From: Octopus vulgaris
Taxonomy: Eukaryota
DNA: 64,000 nt
Assembly (NCBI GenBank): GCA_951406725.2
Contig: OX597824.1
Span: forward strand, 64,294,001-64,358,000
Reading direction: 5' to 3'
Part shown: positions 38,217 through 51,893 of the stretch, piece by piece
Layout of the letters: every line of letters starts with the position of its first letter
Position numbering within the stretch: the first letter of the stretch is position 1
Notes under the pieces: model-generated
What the model saw: only the letters and a program-made list of their open reading frames with translations
Told to the model about the DNA's origin: nothing
Databases searched by the model: none
Position numbers and translations under genes: made by a program

Positions 38217-39249
38217 GAAAGCTTCTTACCACATAGCCATGTCTATGTATTTGGTTGATTTCTCCACTCACATTTTACATCATATAGAGGGAAGAGGAGA
38301 GAGTGAGAGTAAAAGAGAGATACAGAGAGAGGTGCAAAGTGACTATCTCTTTTAATTGATCTGTTTGTCTTAAGCAAATGGACTCACCATAGGGCAGTGG
38401 AGACCTTTTAGTGGACCCTTTAGAAGATGCTTTAGTTATGGTGGTCATGGTGGTTTGAAGATAACTTCACTGAGCTGGTGCCAAAATAAAGTGTTCACAG
38501 TACATTCTGCAAAGTGGCCAATATTAGGAAGTGCATCCATAGAAATCTATTCCAAAAATCAAATACATGGGCAAGATGTGGTCCTCTGATCCATAAAGAA
38601 GGGTGGTAACTCCATATAAGAACTAACTCAGGCCATGACAAACTGTCCAAGCAATCCCATTATGGAAAGTGGACATAAAACAACAAGGTATGATGATTAA
38701 TTTTTTTTTCATAGTAAATGGTGTGTCATGACCTTTATGTCTACAGTTTATTATATAGCATTTTCATTAAGATTTTACATTTTAACAAAATTTTATCCCA
38801 TAATGACACAACAAAATTTGTCTCAACACAGGAATTTGCATAAAGAATCTTGCAAACCAGATAAAATTTTATAAAATATTTGAAAATAAAACAATATCAA
38901 AAAAAAAAAGAAAACATTTTTAACACTTCACATCCCATTTTCAAATTATTCAGTGACTGTAATGTTAGTCATGATTCATAGGTTAGGAATTATTGGTCTA
39001 CATCAAATTCATATAATATTCATACAAAAATATTTGTGATACATATCAACTTGACTGGCTACAGTATATTGATAAGGTATGCTAGAGATAATAACAATAA
39101 GATGTTGTCAGTTTTTTCCAAGGCCATAGATTTGATTATAAATGGTCATAATAGAGAATATCTGAAACATTCTATCAAATTCATGCATATTAATTTACTA
39201 TTAAGTTACATTACAGTATTTTGTTTCTTGTTGGAAAACTAATGGAGTT

Positions 39250-39480
39250 GCTTTTTCAGATAGTGTTCAGTTCATTATGGCAGCAGAGATCAAATTCTTG
39301 TAATCTCCTTTTTTAAGATTTGCCATCCTTGGTCAAACTGAGCTCTAGTTACTTGAAGGTGTCCACTTTGTCAAGTCTTCTCTCTGATGTTGGCTGCTAT
39401 ATTTTGGTTGTTACTATTAACCAGGATCTTGCTCTCTTCTGGAATGATCTCCATCCCATATACTCATGATACTTTTTCCA
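39250..39480 (-). pseudogene. old RTE-like RT fragment
   Basis: YGMEIIPEESKILVN..VDTFK*L..LTKDG. Confidence 0.6.
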
Positions 39481-39577
39481 CAATTTTTGTCTCTTTCCAG
39501 CTCCACTCAAGTCACTTCTTCCCTCTATCCTCTAATGTGAGTAGCCATGTAACTCCTCTACTACTAGAAACCTTGCT

Positions 39578-39608
<31 letters not shown>

Positions 39609-40280
39609 GGAGAGAGAGCATGTGTGTATGACAAATAAAGTAGGGAGAATGAAGGTCAATGTGAAATGGTGTTCAATAGTGGTATGGAATAGCATTGAGG
39701 ATATAAAGTGGGTGACATGCAGAGGTGGCTCCAAGGATAGGGGAAACCAGTAGCACAAAAGCATGGGGGATGAAATATGTGCATCTCATACAATTATAAT
39801 TACAGCAGCTGAGATAGTACCGTAATTAGAAAATTCAAGAAAGATGGGTTGTGGCAATGGCTTGAATGCAGGAGCATAGGCAAACAGTATGGTTTTAAAA
39901 CCACATTTTAGCTGGAGTGGATAAGTATTCTTGAGCACAGCAATTGCCAGTCATTGCAAATCTTTATCCTTTCTTTTTATGAGGCTCAACATGTCATGCC
40001 TCTTATACCCAGATTTCCTCTTAAACCATTTACACTCTGTTGTGCATGCACACTGACATTAACCATCCAGCAGAGCTTGCTGGCTTCATTTCTTCCAAGC
40101 CTTCACATATCCTCTACAGACAAAGCCCATGTTTCACTGCCATGTAGTATAGCTGTACATACACAGGCACCATACATGCATACATACATACATACATACA
40201 TACATACATACATACACATATATATGTATGTATGTGTGTATGTATGTATGTATGTATGTATGTATGTATGTATGTATGTA

Positions 40281-40313
<33 letters not shown>

Positions 40314-40682
40314 ATGTATGTATATATGTAATGAAGAAATAAATGAGATGATTATCCCCTTATACAGCTCCACTAATTAGAGCTCTAATAGAGCCTCAGG
40401 AATATAAGACCATGAATGAGAGAACAAATTTCAAAGGTCAGTGTTCATAGTAACTCAATATATTTCAAAGCATTGCAATACTCCACAGCATACATAGTTG
40501 CATTCATATACACAAAATATAATATAAAAATTTATAAATATATAAATATATAAAAATACATAAATGTACTTGTGAAATTGTATGTCCGTATTAAAATCAA
40601 TATAATATGTGGATGGTGAATGTATAGCGGTAATCCAAATAGATGAGAAAGTTGGTATAAAAGGAATCTTGAGCAGGTGCAA

Positions 40683-40767
40683 AGTCTGACAGCCATTTTG
40701 AGAAGATATAGATATGGGCAAGTTAATACCAACCATAACAATCCTTTATATTTCTCTCATCAGAGTT
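40683..40767 (-). ncRNA. hammerhead motif in the pLTR of the decayed Penelope
   Basis: act CTGATGA gaga..tctc AAAAT ggct GTC agact (probable CpG decay of cGAAACg). Confidence 0.55.
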
Positions 40768-40989
40768 AATTTAAAGGATTTATAAAAGAGTTATTTAAAT
40801 CTTAATGTTTTAAGCAACATGAGAAATTTAAGAATTTTAAAAAATCGAGTGCTGTGTTGAAACATACTGTTCAGGCGTATGATATAATAAGAGCTAAAAT
40901 TACATGCTTAAATAGATTATGAAGCTATAGATAATAGCATTTTAAGATGAATCCAAATACATGAATGGTACTAAGTTAAAATTATATAA

Positions 40990-41490
40990 ACTAATTATTT
41001 TGGGAAAAAATTTAAAAGTTGATAAATATTTATGTCTACAAAGAATAATGACATCTGAGATCTTGTTAAGTAAACGTTTTTTGTCAGCACGGAGTATATA
41101 GATAACTTCTTTTGTGCATAATTTGTAGTTTCTGGTGTGTGTATTGTATGATGTGGTTTCTGTTATAATAGATCATTCTAGACTGAATTCTTTATTGCGC
41201 ATTTTTAATTTATTAATGTGGGTAGCTAGTGCAGTTGAATTTTCTGTTTCTTGATTAATAAATGTGTGCGTGCCCTATATCTAGTCTTAAAATCAGTCAT
41301 ACTTCCTATGTAAATCTTTTTTGATTCACTAAGGGTTGAAACCTCAGCTTTATATATGACATTTCTCCTTCAACAGAATCCCTTTAAGGGACATAATTCT
41401 CAGTTACGGCAATTACATGTTTTATTTCCATGCTTCACCTTTATATTTTTAATAATAGGATTCTTGTTATTATTCTTCATATTAACGTCA
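40990..41490 (-). pseudogene. decayed Penelope-like GIY-YIG endonuclease (CxCx5Cx5C linker, Nematis-like, tentative)
   Basis: CNCRN*ELCPLKGFC*RRNVIYKAEV..IYIGSM..FKTRYRAH..LCTKE..LLNK..CRH. Confidence 0.85.
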
Positions 41491-41684
41491 GCTATATTGC
41501 AATGCTTTGAAATATATTGAGTTACTATGAACACTGACCTTTGAAATTTGTTCTCTCATTCATGGTCTTATATTCCTGAGGCTCTGTTAGAGCTCTAATT
41601 AGTGGAGCTGTATAAGGGGATAATCATCTCATTTATTTCTTCATTATATACATACATACATACATACATACATACATACATACA

Positions 41685-41715
<31 letters not shown>

Positions 41716-42282
41716 GTATGTATGTATGTATGTATGTATGCATGTATGCATGGTGCCTGTGTATGTACAGCTATGCTACATGGCAGTGAAACATGGGCTT
41801 TGATTGTAGAGGATGTGTGAAGGCTTGGAAAAAAACGAAGCCAGCAAGCTCTGCTGGATGGGTAATGTCAGTGTACATGCACAACAGAGTGTAAATGGTT
41901 TAAGAGGAAATCTGGGTATAAGAGGCATCACATGTTGAGCCTCATAAAAAGAAAGGATAAAGATTTGCAATGACTGGCAATTGCCCTGCTCAAGAATACT
42001 TATCCATTCCAGCTAAAATGTGGTTCTAAAACTATAGAAATTGTTTACTTATGCCTCTGAATTCAAGCCATTACCATAACTCATCTTCCCAACACCCATC
42101 TTCCTTGAATATTCTAATTACTGAACTTTCTCAGCTAACTATCTTTCTAAGCCTAGTACTTATTCTATTGGTCTCTTTTACTGAACTGCTGAGTTACAGT
42201 ATGTAAACACACAAGCACTGGTTGTCAAATGGTGGAGGCAGTGGGACAAACACACTCACACACAAATATATATACATTTATA

Positions 42283-42670
42283 GGTACAGGAGTGGCTTCC
42301 CAGCCACATGGTTCCAGGTTCAGTCTCACTGTGTGGCACCTTGGACAAATGTCTTCTACTATAGCCTCAGGACGACCAAAGCCTTGTGAGTGGATTTAGT
42401 AGACAGAGCTTGAAAGAAGCCCATTGTAAATATATGTATATATATGTATGTATTTGTTATTTGTGTCTGTGTTTTGCTCCCACCGTCGTTTGATGACCGA
42501 TGTTGGTGTGTTTACATCCCCCATCACTTAGCAATTTGGCAAAAAAAGACTGATAGAATAAGTACTAGGCTAAGAAAGAATAAGTCCTGAGGTTGATTTG
42601 TTCATCTAAAGGTTGTAATCCAGCATGGCCACAGTCAAATTACTGAAACAAGTAAAAGAATAAAAAAATA
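42283..42670 (+). mobile_element. octopod SINE nested in an older opposite-strand SINE (42143-42783)
   Basis: The older copy resumes at ~42675. Confidence 0.8.
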
Positions 42671-42832
42671 TGCAAGAGGCTTCTTTCAGTGTCTGTCTAC
42701 CAAATCCACTCACAAGGCTATAGTAGAAGACACTTGCCCAAGGTGTCACACAGTGGGACTGAACCCAGAACCAAGCTGTTGGGAATTTGATTTACAATAA
42801 ATTTTCTATCTAGAAGATACCTGCATATATAC

Positions 42833-42922
42833 TGTCTCCAATGACAGAATACCCAGTGTATGAAAATATGGATCAACACATTGACCCATTACCTGGGATA
42901 TCCCAGAAACAGCTGTAAGACA
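42833..42922 (+). ncRNA. decayed hammerhead motif
   Basis: tgtct CCAATGA ..cccag..ctggg.. GAAAC agct GTA agaca. Confidence 0.5.
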
Positions 42923-43471
42923 TCTTATTTACTTTTACTTTTGTTTACTTTAATCCACCTTAATATTAATTAAAATAATTTAAATGCTCTGATAAGCTTA
43001 TCCTGCCTGGGTTTTGTTTGCCTCTTCTTTTAATTTATACCCTCTCACTCGGAAGTAAACAATGGATCCCCAGCTCCAGCCCCCGTTGTGAACTTGGATC
43101 CTAGCAGCTTACCAATTACAGCACTCACATAGCATACCTATTAGTTTTGATCATCAGTGGCCTAAACTCTTCCGATTCTGTATAAGCAAGCACACATATA
43201 TATGTGTATGTATATATATAAAAAATTAAAATCCAGTGCAAGGAAAATAATTTCCTCTATAGGGATAAAAACATCCAATTTTTCATTGGTTTTGTGGTTT
43301 TATACCCAATTTAGCAGAGAAAAACTTTTCTACAAGTCACATGGGTATATAATCAATATACAAAAATGAAAAGAAAATAGAGATTTATGATTGATATATT
43401 TTAATTTATTAACATAATATTATATTATTATTATAACATAATATAATATAATATAAATATAAATATTATAA

Positions 43472-43667
43472 CCCTACAATTGTTTCAATTAACACCCAAT
43501 AATAAATTTATAAAATTCATGTTTATGGGTAAGAGTCTCATCAGGGAAATATTTGACAAAAATTACATATAAGGATTTTTGTCAAATATTTCCCTGATGA
43601 GATTCTTACCCATAAACATGAATTTTTATAAATTTATTATTAGGTCTAAATTGAAACAATTGTAGAA
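43472..43667. ncRNA. head-to-head inverted pair of hammerhead motifs (43472-43548 minus; 43589-43667 plus)
   Basis: cc CTGATGA..GAAAC aatt GTA in both arms of a ~90-bp inverted repeat. Confidence 0.6.
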
Positions 43668-44519
43668 TTCTAATATTTGTCATCATCATCATCATCATCG
43701 TTTAACGTCCGTTTTCCATGCTAGCATGGGTTGGACGGTTCTACTGGGGTCTGTGAAGCCAGAAGGCTTCATCAGGCCCAGTCAAATCTGGCAGTGTTTC
43801 TACGGCTGGATGCCCTTCCTAACGCCAACCACTCCGTGAGTGTAGTGGGTGCTATTTACGTGCCACCCGCACAGGTGCCAGACAGAGCTGGCAAATGGCC
43901 ACAAACGGATGGTGCTTTTTATGTGCCACCGGCACGAGGGCCAGGCGAGGCTGGCAACAGACACGAAACAGGGCGGTGCTGGCAACGGTCGCGAAACGGA
44001 AGAGTCTCTTACATGCCACCGGCACTGGTAACACATCTGCAATTTCCATTGATCGATTTCCATTGATCGATTCGATTTCCATATATATATTATAATAATG
44101 ATATAATATCATGTTAAATTAAAATGTGTGACTCGTAAATCTCTATTTTCTTTTCATTTTTGTATATTGAATAAATAAATATATATGTATAGCTAGTGCA
44201 GCCTCCTGGCTTCCCAGACCCCGGTCGAACTGTCCAACCCATGCTAGCATGGAAAACGGACGTTAAACGATGATGATGATGATGTATGTATGTATGTATA
44301 TAAAAGACAGTGATAAAGTATCCAAGTGGGTACCATACAAGCATTCGGTTTTAATCTGGGTTACGGCTAACTGCATCAAGTTGAAAGGAGTAGCTAGGAC
44401 TACTTAAGGTAAGCAATCCCTCTGTATTTCATCCAATAGGTAAGTCCTGGATTTGCTTTGCTGGTTTATAAATGTTTTACTAAGGTGTATATCCTAGATG
44501 ATTTCAATGAATATAGAAA

Positions 44520-45530
44520 AGGCCCCGGGCTATCAGGAATCACTGCTGAGATGCTTAAGACATCTGGTAGTGTGGGCTATGGCCTAGTCACCCACATTGT
44601 AAACCAGGTAGTTCATGATAGAGTCATACCCAATGACTGGCATAGCAGCACCATAGTCAACTGCTACAAGGGTAAAAATGATGCTCTAGATAGAAATAAC
44701 TACAGGGGTATCAAACTGCCAGATCAGGTGATGAAGGTCAAGGAGAGGGTCATAGCCCATCTCATTAGGGAGAGAGTCTGCTTAGATGAGATGCAGTTCA
44801 GTTTTGAGCTGGGTAGAAGCACCACTGATGCCATATTCCTGGTTCGACAACTGCAGGAGAAATACCTAGCTGAAGATAAACCCCTCTACTTAGCTTTTGT
44901 GGACCTGGAGAAAGCCTTCGACAAGGTCCCCCAATCCCTTATCTGGTGGGCGATGCAGAAACAGGAGATTGACGAATGGTTGATAAGGGCTGTGCAGGCC
45001 CTATACAGAGAGGCCATTAGTTGGCAATGAGTATAGTGAAGAATTCTGGGTAGAAGTAGGGGTCTACCAAGGTTCAGCCCTCAGTCCCCTTTTATTTATC
45101 ATAGTCCTCCAGGCAATAACATAGGAATTCAAGATGGGTTGCCCCTGGGAGCTCCTCTATGCTGATGACCTGGCCCTTATAGCAGAATCACTACTGGAAC
45201 TAGAAAAGAAATTTTGGGTGTGGCAGCTAGGTTTAAAATCAAAAGGCCTTAGATTCAATGTAGCAACGACCAAAGTTATAGTAAGTAGGAAGGCAAACTC
45301 ATCACCCCCCCCCCCTCAGGTAGGTGGCCCTGCTCGATCTGTAGAAAAGGTGTATGTAGAAACTCCATAAGATGTACCCAGTGTAAGCTATGGACGCATA
45401 AGAGGTGCAGCAATATTAAAGGAAAATTTACTGAGAAGATAGCTTTCATGTGCGGCAGACTCCGGTTGAACCGTCCAACCCATGCTAGCATGGAAAACAG
45501 ACGTTAAACGATGATGATGATGATGATACA
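44520..45530 (+). pseudogene. RTE LINE RT fragment joined to terminal tail
   Basis: GITAEML, NYRGIKL, DLEKAFD, QGSALSP, YADD; (GAT)n end. Confidence 0.92.
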
Positions 45531-45633
45531 TATATATATACATTTATATATATACACACACATATTTATATGTCTTTGTGTGTGAGTGTGTGTATTATCT
45601 AAAGTGTATAGTATTATATATCCATTACAGCCT

Positions 45634-45717
45634 CTATTACCAATTGGTTTCACACTCGGGATTTAACGGAATGTTAGGTAACAATCCAATTATGTAACCC
45701 TACACTCATCAGAAATA
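45634..45717 (-). ncRNA. hammerhead motif
   Basis: tattt CTGATGA..GAAAC caattg GTA ata; palindromic stem III accaattggt. Confidence 0.55.
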
Positions 45718-45880
45718 ACTGGACTGTCATCTAACACTCTGTTGAATGTCTAGCACAAGACCAACTGGTAAGATTGGCTATAATGGATATACAAAACTGT
45801 ACATTTCAGATAATATACCCACTCTATTGATAGATATATGAGTGCATTTTTTACCTGACTGATGGATTCTTAGACGGTTT

Positions 45881-45929
<49 letters not shown>

Positions 45930-45944
45930 CACGCACACACACAC

Positions 45945-46018
<74 letters not shown>

Positions 46019-46020
<2 letters not shown>

Positions 46021-46476
46021 ATAATCACTCGCCATATCAAGGTTCACCTATCGCACCCTCAATACATCGCAGACTCCTCAGTATATCATGGGTTTCTGCA
46101 GCTGATAGTTATTTAGATTTTTTTTAGATTTTATTCATTTTTGTGGTAAAATAATCATTTTCAGGATTAAAAATTAATAAATTGATATATAGAAATACAA
46201 TACCATACTGCACTATATAACAGATTAATTAAAATATATTAGAAGAAAATACTTAGCATACCACAGATGAGTAAACAAAGAACCACACATATTTGATGTA
46301 AAACGAAATTCAGGAGATGAGTGTGTGGTGTTGTTTTGCATTTATAATAAAATAAATACATACAAATTACAAGAATAAAAAAATATACAGTGCAGTATTG
46401 TTTCTACTTTGAGGATTTTCACCTATCGCAGTGGGATTTTGGAATGCAACACCTGCAATAGTTGAGGAATTACTGT
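46019..46476. mobile_element. pogo/Tigger-like MITE
   Basis: TA-flanked degenerate TIRs ca(g)taatc.ctc / gaggaattactg. Confidence 0.55.
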
Positions 46477-47250
46477 ATATTAAGTATATAGGAACTGGCA
46501 TGGTTGTGTGGATATAAGCACAAGTGTGGTTGTATGCATATAAGTACAGGCAATGTTAGCTATCAGGTTTTAAAATATTATAGGGGGTAGCAGGATTGCT
46601 TATGTATGTTGGGAAGTTTCTCATTAGGGTTATAGTATGGTTTATAACTCTTACTCTTATAAACCATATCATAAGCCGAACAAGAAACTTTCCTACAAAT
46701 GTAAATAGTCCTGCCACCCCCCAATGAAGAGAGTGTAGACATATCAAGGTTTAGCTAAACCTGGATATGTCTTCACTCTCTTCATTGATGCCCAAATGAG
46801 AGGATCAATTTACATACCACATCGTGGTATCTCCAAACTAAATTTAACATTTTTAATTCACTGAACAAAAACAGTTTTTTTTTTCCATGATGTAATTGAA
46901 TCAATATAAAATGTATCTGAAACAGCTGTAGTGAACCTTTACTTCATTTGCGTTCTTATTTCATGTAAACACCATTCCTTGAACCTTTCCTGTGTTGGAT
47001 CTGGAACTTACATTGGATTGTGAAACTGCATATCCATATGCATGGGTATATAATTTCATGTACATATAAATCTTCTTGTAATGTGTATATTTGTCTGTGC
47101 ATGAACATGTATGTGTAAACGCATGATTATGTCTATATATTCAGAGCATATACAGGTGTGTTTGTATACGATATATATATGGATGTGCAGATCTCAACTG
47201 TTGCTTGATGTTCTTAAGATCAAAATACCTGAATTCAAATGAATTCTACA

Positions 47251-47316
<66 letters not shown>

Positions 47317-47341
47317 GATCAAAACAGTTTGATTCAAATTC

Positions 47342-47385
47342 ATTGGTACTCTTGAGTTTCAAGTACGATGTTGTTCATCAGCCAT
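47342..47385 (-). ncRNA. hammerhead motif in the loop of a 35-bp inverted repeat (47307-47423)
   Basis: atgg CTGATGA..GAAAC tcaaga GTA cca. Confidence 0.55.
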
Positions 47386-47499
47386 TTTGAATTTGAATCA
47401 ACCTGTTTTGATCCATACATGTAACTTCCAATAAATTGGTTAAGTGCCCTTCTTTCATTTGTCCACTTACTCGTGTATATATAAATATATATATATATA

Positions 47500-48055
47500 T
47501 TAGACCCAGGAAAACATGGGATGAGGTAGTCAAGCATGACCTTCAAACGTTGAGCCTCACAGAAGCAATGACGAAAGACCAAGACCTCTGGAGATATGCT
47601 GTGACTGCAAAGACTCGACAGATAACGTGAGTTCATGGCTGTTTCCTACACCAGCTTCACATAGAAGCCCCAGCCCATTCAAAGTACCTTGGATCGCAGG
47701 ACGGCCTGCTGTGTTTACGTAGGGCGACCTGCTGTGCTTGAGGAGACCTATTGAGTCAAGTACATCAACATCAAAAAATCAAATAGAAATTGTAGTTGTG
47801 ATACCTGTGCTGGTGGCACGTAAAAATCACCAACCGATCGTGGCCATTGCCAGCCTGCTCTGGCCCCTGTGCCAGTGGCACGTAAAAAGCACCTACTCCA
47901 CTCATGGAGTGGTTGGCGTTAGGAGGGGTATCCAGCTGTAGAAACACTGCCAGATCAGACTGGAGCCTGGTGCAGTCTCCTGGCTTCCCAAACCCCAGTC
48001 GAACCATCCAACCCATACTAGCATGGAAAACGGACCTTAAACGATGATGATGATA
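47500..48055 (+). mobile_element. RTE LINE 3' end
   Basis: RPRKTWDEVVKHDL...; 3'UTR matches 24000-24600. Confidence 0.9.
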
Positions 48056-48516
48056 TAATCAAATTCGATGGCTGGCATCTGTGCTAGTGGAGCGCTAAGA
48101 GCACCATCCGAGCGTGATCGTTGCCAGAGCAGCTGATTGACTTCCATGCTAAGTGGCACGTAAGAAGCACCATTCGAGCGTGATCGTTACCAGTGTCGCC
48201 TTACTGGCACGTGAAAATATATTCAAGAAAGGTCGTTGCCAGTGCCGCTGGACTGGCTCCTGTGCAGGTGGCATGTAAAAAACGTCATTTGAGCATGGGC
48301 ATTGCCAGTACCGCCTGATTGGCCCTCTTGCTGATGGTACGCAAAAGCACCCACTACACTCTCGGAGTGGTTGGCATTAGGAAGGGCATCCAGCTGTAGA
48401 AACTCTGCCAGATCAGATTGGAGCCTGGTGCAGCCATCTGGTTTGCCAGTCCTGAATCAAATCGTCCAACCCATGCCAGCATGGAAAGCGGATGTTAAAT
48501 GATGATGATGATGATG

Positions 48517-48553
<37 letters not shown>

Positions 48554-49806
48554 ATTCAAGTAAACTGGTAGTACTCATAAAAATGCTCCTTAATGTGCAT
48601 TTTGCATTAATGCAGGCATGTAAGTAATTTATTTATTGCTAAATATAATAACATAAATCATTTACATGTTTTTAAGTTACAAAACAATTTGTTATGAAAT
48701 TAGAAAATTTCTCATTGTTAAATAAAATTTCATCAATCTATTTTTCTGTCATTTGTGACTACTTCACAGATGGTAAATGAATGAATCTCTCTCTCTCTCT
48801 CTCTCTCCCTCTCTCTATCCCTCTCTCTCTCTCTCTATCTATCTCCCTCTCTCTCTCTCTCTACCTCTCTCTTTGTGTATCACTTGCTCACATGATATAC
48901 AGATGGAGGGAGAGACAGACAGACAGACAGACAAATTCATTCATTTACTATCTGTTTTCCCATACTTGCACGAGTTGGATGAGGACATATTTCAGCACAT
49001 GTGGATTGCTACTAGAAGTAAATGTGGTAACATGTAGACCACAAGAAAAATATAGCGGGTAGAATGATAGATTGTTTTTAAAAGTTGATGAAGCAGAATG
49101 TAGGAAGACAGAAGAATTGTTACTGGAAGAGAAGGAAGTAGAAGGTAGAAAGGACAGGTGGATTTTTACTAGAAGAGAATGAAGTAGGTGTAGAAAAAAG
49201 AACAGGTGGGTTGATACTAGAAGTGAGGGAAATGAGGTTTAAGTGGATAGTTGGATTGTTATTAGACAAGAATGAGGTCAGGGTAGAAAGAGAGGTAGAT
49301 TGTAATAGAAAGAGAGTGAAGAATGGGATGGAAAATACAGGTGGCTTGTTAGTGGAAAGGAACGAAATGGGTCATGGGTACAGAAATAGGTGGAGTGTTT
49401 TTTGAAACGTAATGAGGTATGGTTATTTCAGTCATATCTGACAGGGAAGGAATAAATCGTGACTGCTCTGGAATGAAAGAACTACCGGAACTAACTTACC
49501 TCACCCTGTGGAATGTGGGCGTTTACACACACATATATGTGTGGGCTGTTATGAATGTTTTGGGGGAGAGGGGGAGGAGCAGGAGGAAGAGGAGGAGCAG
49601 GGAGTTTAAGCCTGGGAAATTATGTGTGTATTTCCCAATGACTCTCTCAAACACACACACACACACGCACACACAAGCACAGCCATATTATTCTGAACAT
49701 GTATAAGTGATTTTTTCATGGGTTTCTGTATGTATGTGCATGTGCATATGCATCATGCATATCCACACAATCCTTCTTTGTCTTTATTTTCTATACATAC
49801 ATATAT

Positions 49807-50205
49807 AGGCACAGGGGTGGCTGTGTGGTAAGTAGCTTGTTTACCAACCACATGGTTCCGGGTTCAGTTCCACTGCATCTTGGGCAAGTGTCTTCTTCTA
49901 TAGTCTAGGGTCGACCAAAGCCTTGTGAGTGGATTTGATAGACGGAAACTGAAAGAAGCCCGTCGTATATATATATATATATATATATGCATGTGTGTGT
50001 TTGTGTGTCTGTGTTTGTCCCCCTAGCATTGCTTGACAACCGATGCTGGTGTGTTTATGTCCCCGTTACTTAGCGGTTCAGCAAAAGAGAATGATAGAAT
50101 AAGTACTGGGCTTACAAAAGAATAAGTCCCAGGGTCGAGTTGCTCAATTTAAGGCGGTGCTCCAGCATGGCTGCAGTCAAATGACTGAAACAAGTAAAAG
50201 AGTAA
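49807..50205 (+). mobile_element. tRNA-derived octopod SINE
   Basis: Full-length copy. Confidence 0.88.
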
Positions 50206-50565
50206 AGAGTATATGCAGATACACATACAAACACATACAGTCTCTCTCTCTCCCTCTCTCTCCACTACATGGTGCCTTGGGCAAGTGTCTTCTGCTATAG
50301 CCTTGGGCCAAACAAAGCCTTGTGAGTGGATTTAGTAGACAGGAACTGAAAGACACTATCACTGCTTGACAACAAGTACTGGTGTGTTTATGTCCCCATG
50401 ACTTAGCAATTTGGCAAAAGAGACCAATAGAATAAGTATCAGGCTTTAAAAACTTAAGCACTGGTGGTTGATACATTCAACAAAAATTCTTCACTCTGGT
50501 ACCCTGGAACAGCCACAGTCTAATGACTGGAATAAGCAAAAGATAAAGGAAGATAACGATATATA

Positions 50566-50619
<54 letters not shown>

Positions 50620-50651
50620 TATATATATATATATATATATATCCATAAATA

Positions 50652-51268
50652 CAGGGGTTGGACAAAATAATAGAAACACCTTAAAATTTCAAACAAATTT
50701 ATTTTAATATGGGGTAAAGGAATTTGTGTCCATTCTTCCACTAAAACAGTTGCCAGTTCTTGTAGTGATGATGGTGGAGGATATCAAGTCCTTACTTGTT
50801 TTTCTAAAATGCATCATAAATGTTCGATAATATTGAGATCAGGGGACTGTGGTGGCCAGATAAGATGTTCAACTTCACTAGAATGTTCCTTGTACTATTC
50901 AGTAACAACTTTAGCTGTGTGAATTGGTCCATCACCATCCTGAAAGATTACATTTCCCTCCAAAAACAGTTCCGCAGAATGAATTTGATCAGATAAAATG
51001 CTTAAATAGTCTTGACTATTAATTCTGCCATAAAGGGAAACCATTGGGCCGGCAGATTTCCAAGATATAGCCTCACCCCTGATCATCACAGGTCTTCTTC
51101 CATGTTTAACAATTGGAAGAAGGCAGTCTAGGTCAAATGCTTCTTTTAGCTGTCTCCACACATATACTCGGCCTGTGGTTGGAAATGAGGTAAACTATGA
51201 CTTGTCCATGAAAATAACTTTCTTCCAATGCTCTAGGGACCAATTCTGTAGGTTTTTACTCCACTCTA
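50652..51268 (-). pseudogene. Tc1-like transposase fragment with one TIR
   Basis: VKHG..VMI, FQDGDGPIHTAK, WPPQSPDLNIIEHL; TA-CAGGGGTTGGACAAAA terminus. Confidence 0.92.
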
Positions 51269-51893
51269 AATTGCTATTGCCAACAAGGTAACTATCTGAT
51301 GCCCAGTCCAGTAGAATGGTACCGCATTGAGCATGGCAGCCATGTTGACTGCTGATGCAATAAACTCATGCATGAGTATTGCTGGCATTTTACAATGGAA
51401 TTCCTCGGTTAAAAAATTTACAGCTATCATCATAGATAGACAGATAGACAGAGAGAGAGAGAGAGAGATACACATACACTCATACATATATAATACCATG
51501 ACCACAAATATTAACACCCCCACCCGATTTATGTTAAATGATTTGTGTTTTTATTCTTGTATTTTCTTCTTAACCAAATCTTCCTCATTAGTGCAATTGA
51601 ATCTGAATGGCTGGAATCTCTTAATACCACCAATTTACCTGACACAAAATCGAAATGTAAATCTGTGAATTCATAAGCATATTATGCCACACGAAGAGGC
51701 TCTTTTGCACTGTGTGTTGCATCTGGTGTTACTGCATCACTCCACACCCACTTGGAAACCATGCAACTTAAAGCCAAAACCATTGTTGAGCCAATAAATG
51801 CTTTTTGTTATACTCCATCTTCTTTATTAATCTTTAATACACATGTGTGTGTGTGTGTGTGTGTGAGTGTGTAAACAATTTTGAACACACATA

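Larger units (their letters stand above)
39805..42137. repeat. long inverted duplication, arms ~39805-40480 and ~41494-42137
   Basis: Mirror-image ORFs (39954+/41970-, 40373-/41602+). The arms contain an RTE C-terminal fragment and a (TACA)n/(TATG)n microsatellite. Confidence 0.9.

Noticed and set aside
41340-41420. In-frame TGA codons in the PLE Cys linker as possible selenocysteine
   Set aside because: The TGAs are not at Cys positions and fit CGA>TGA decay.
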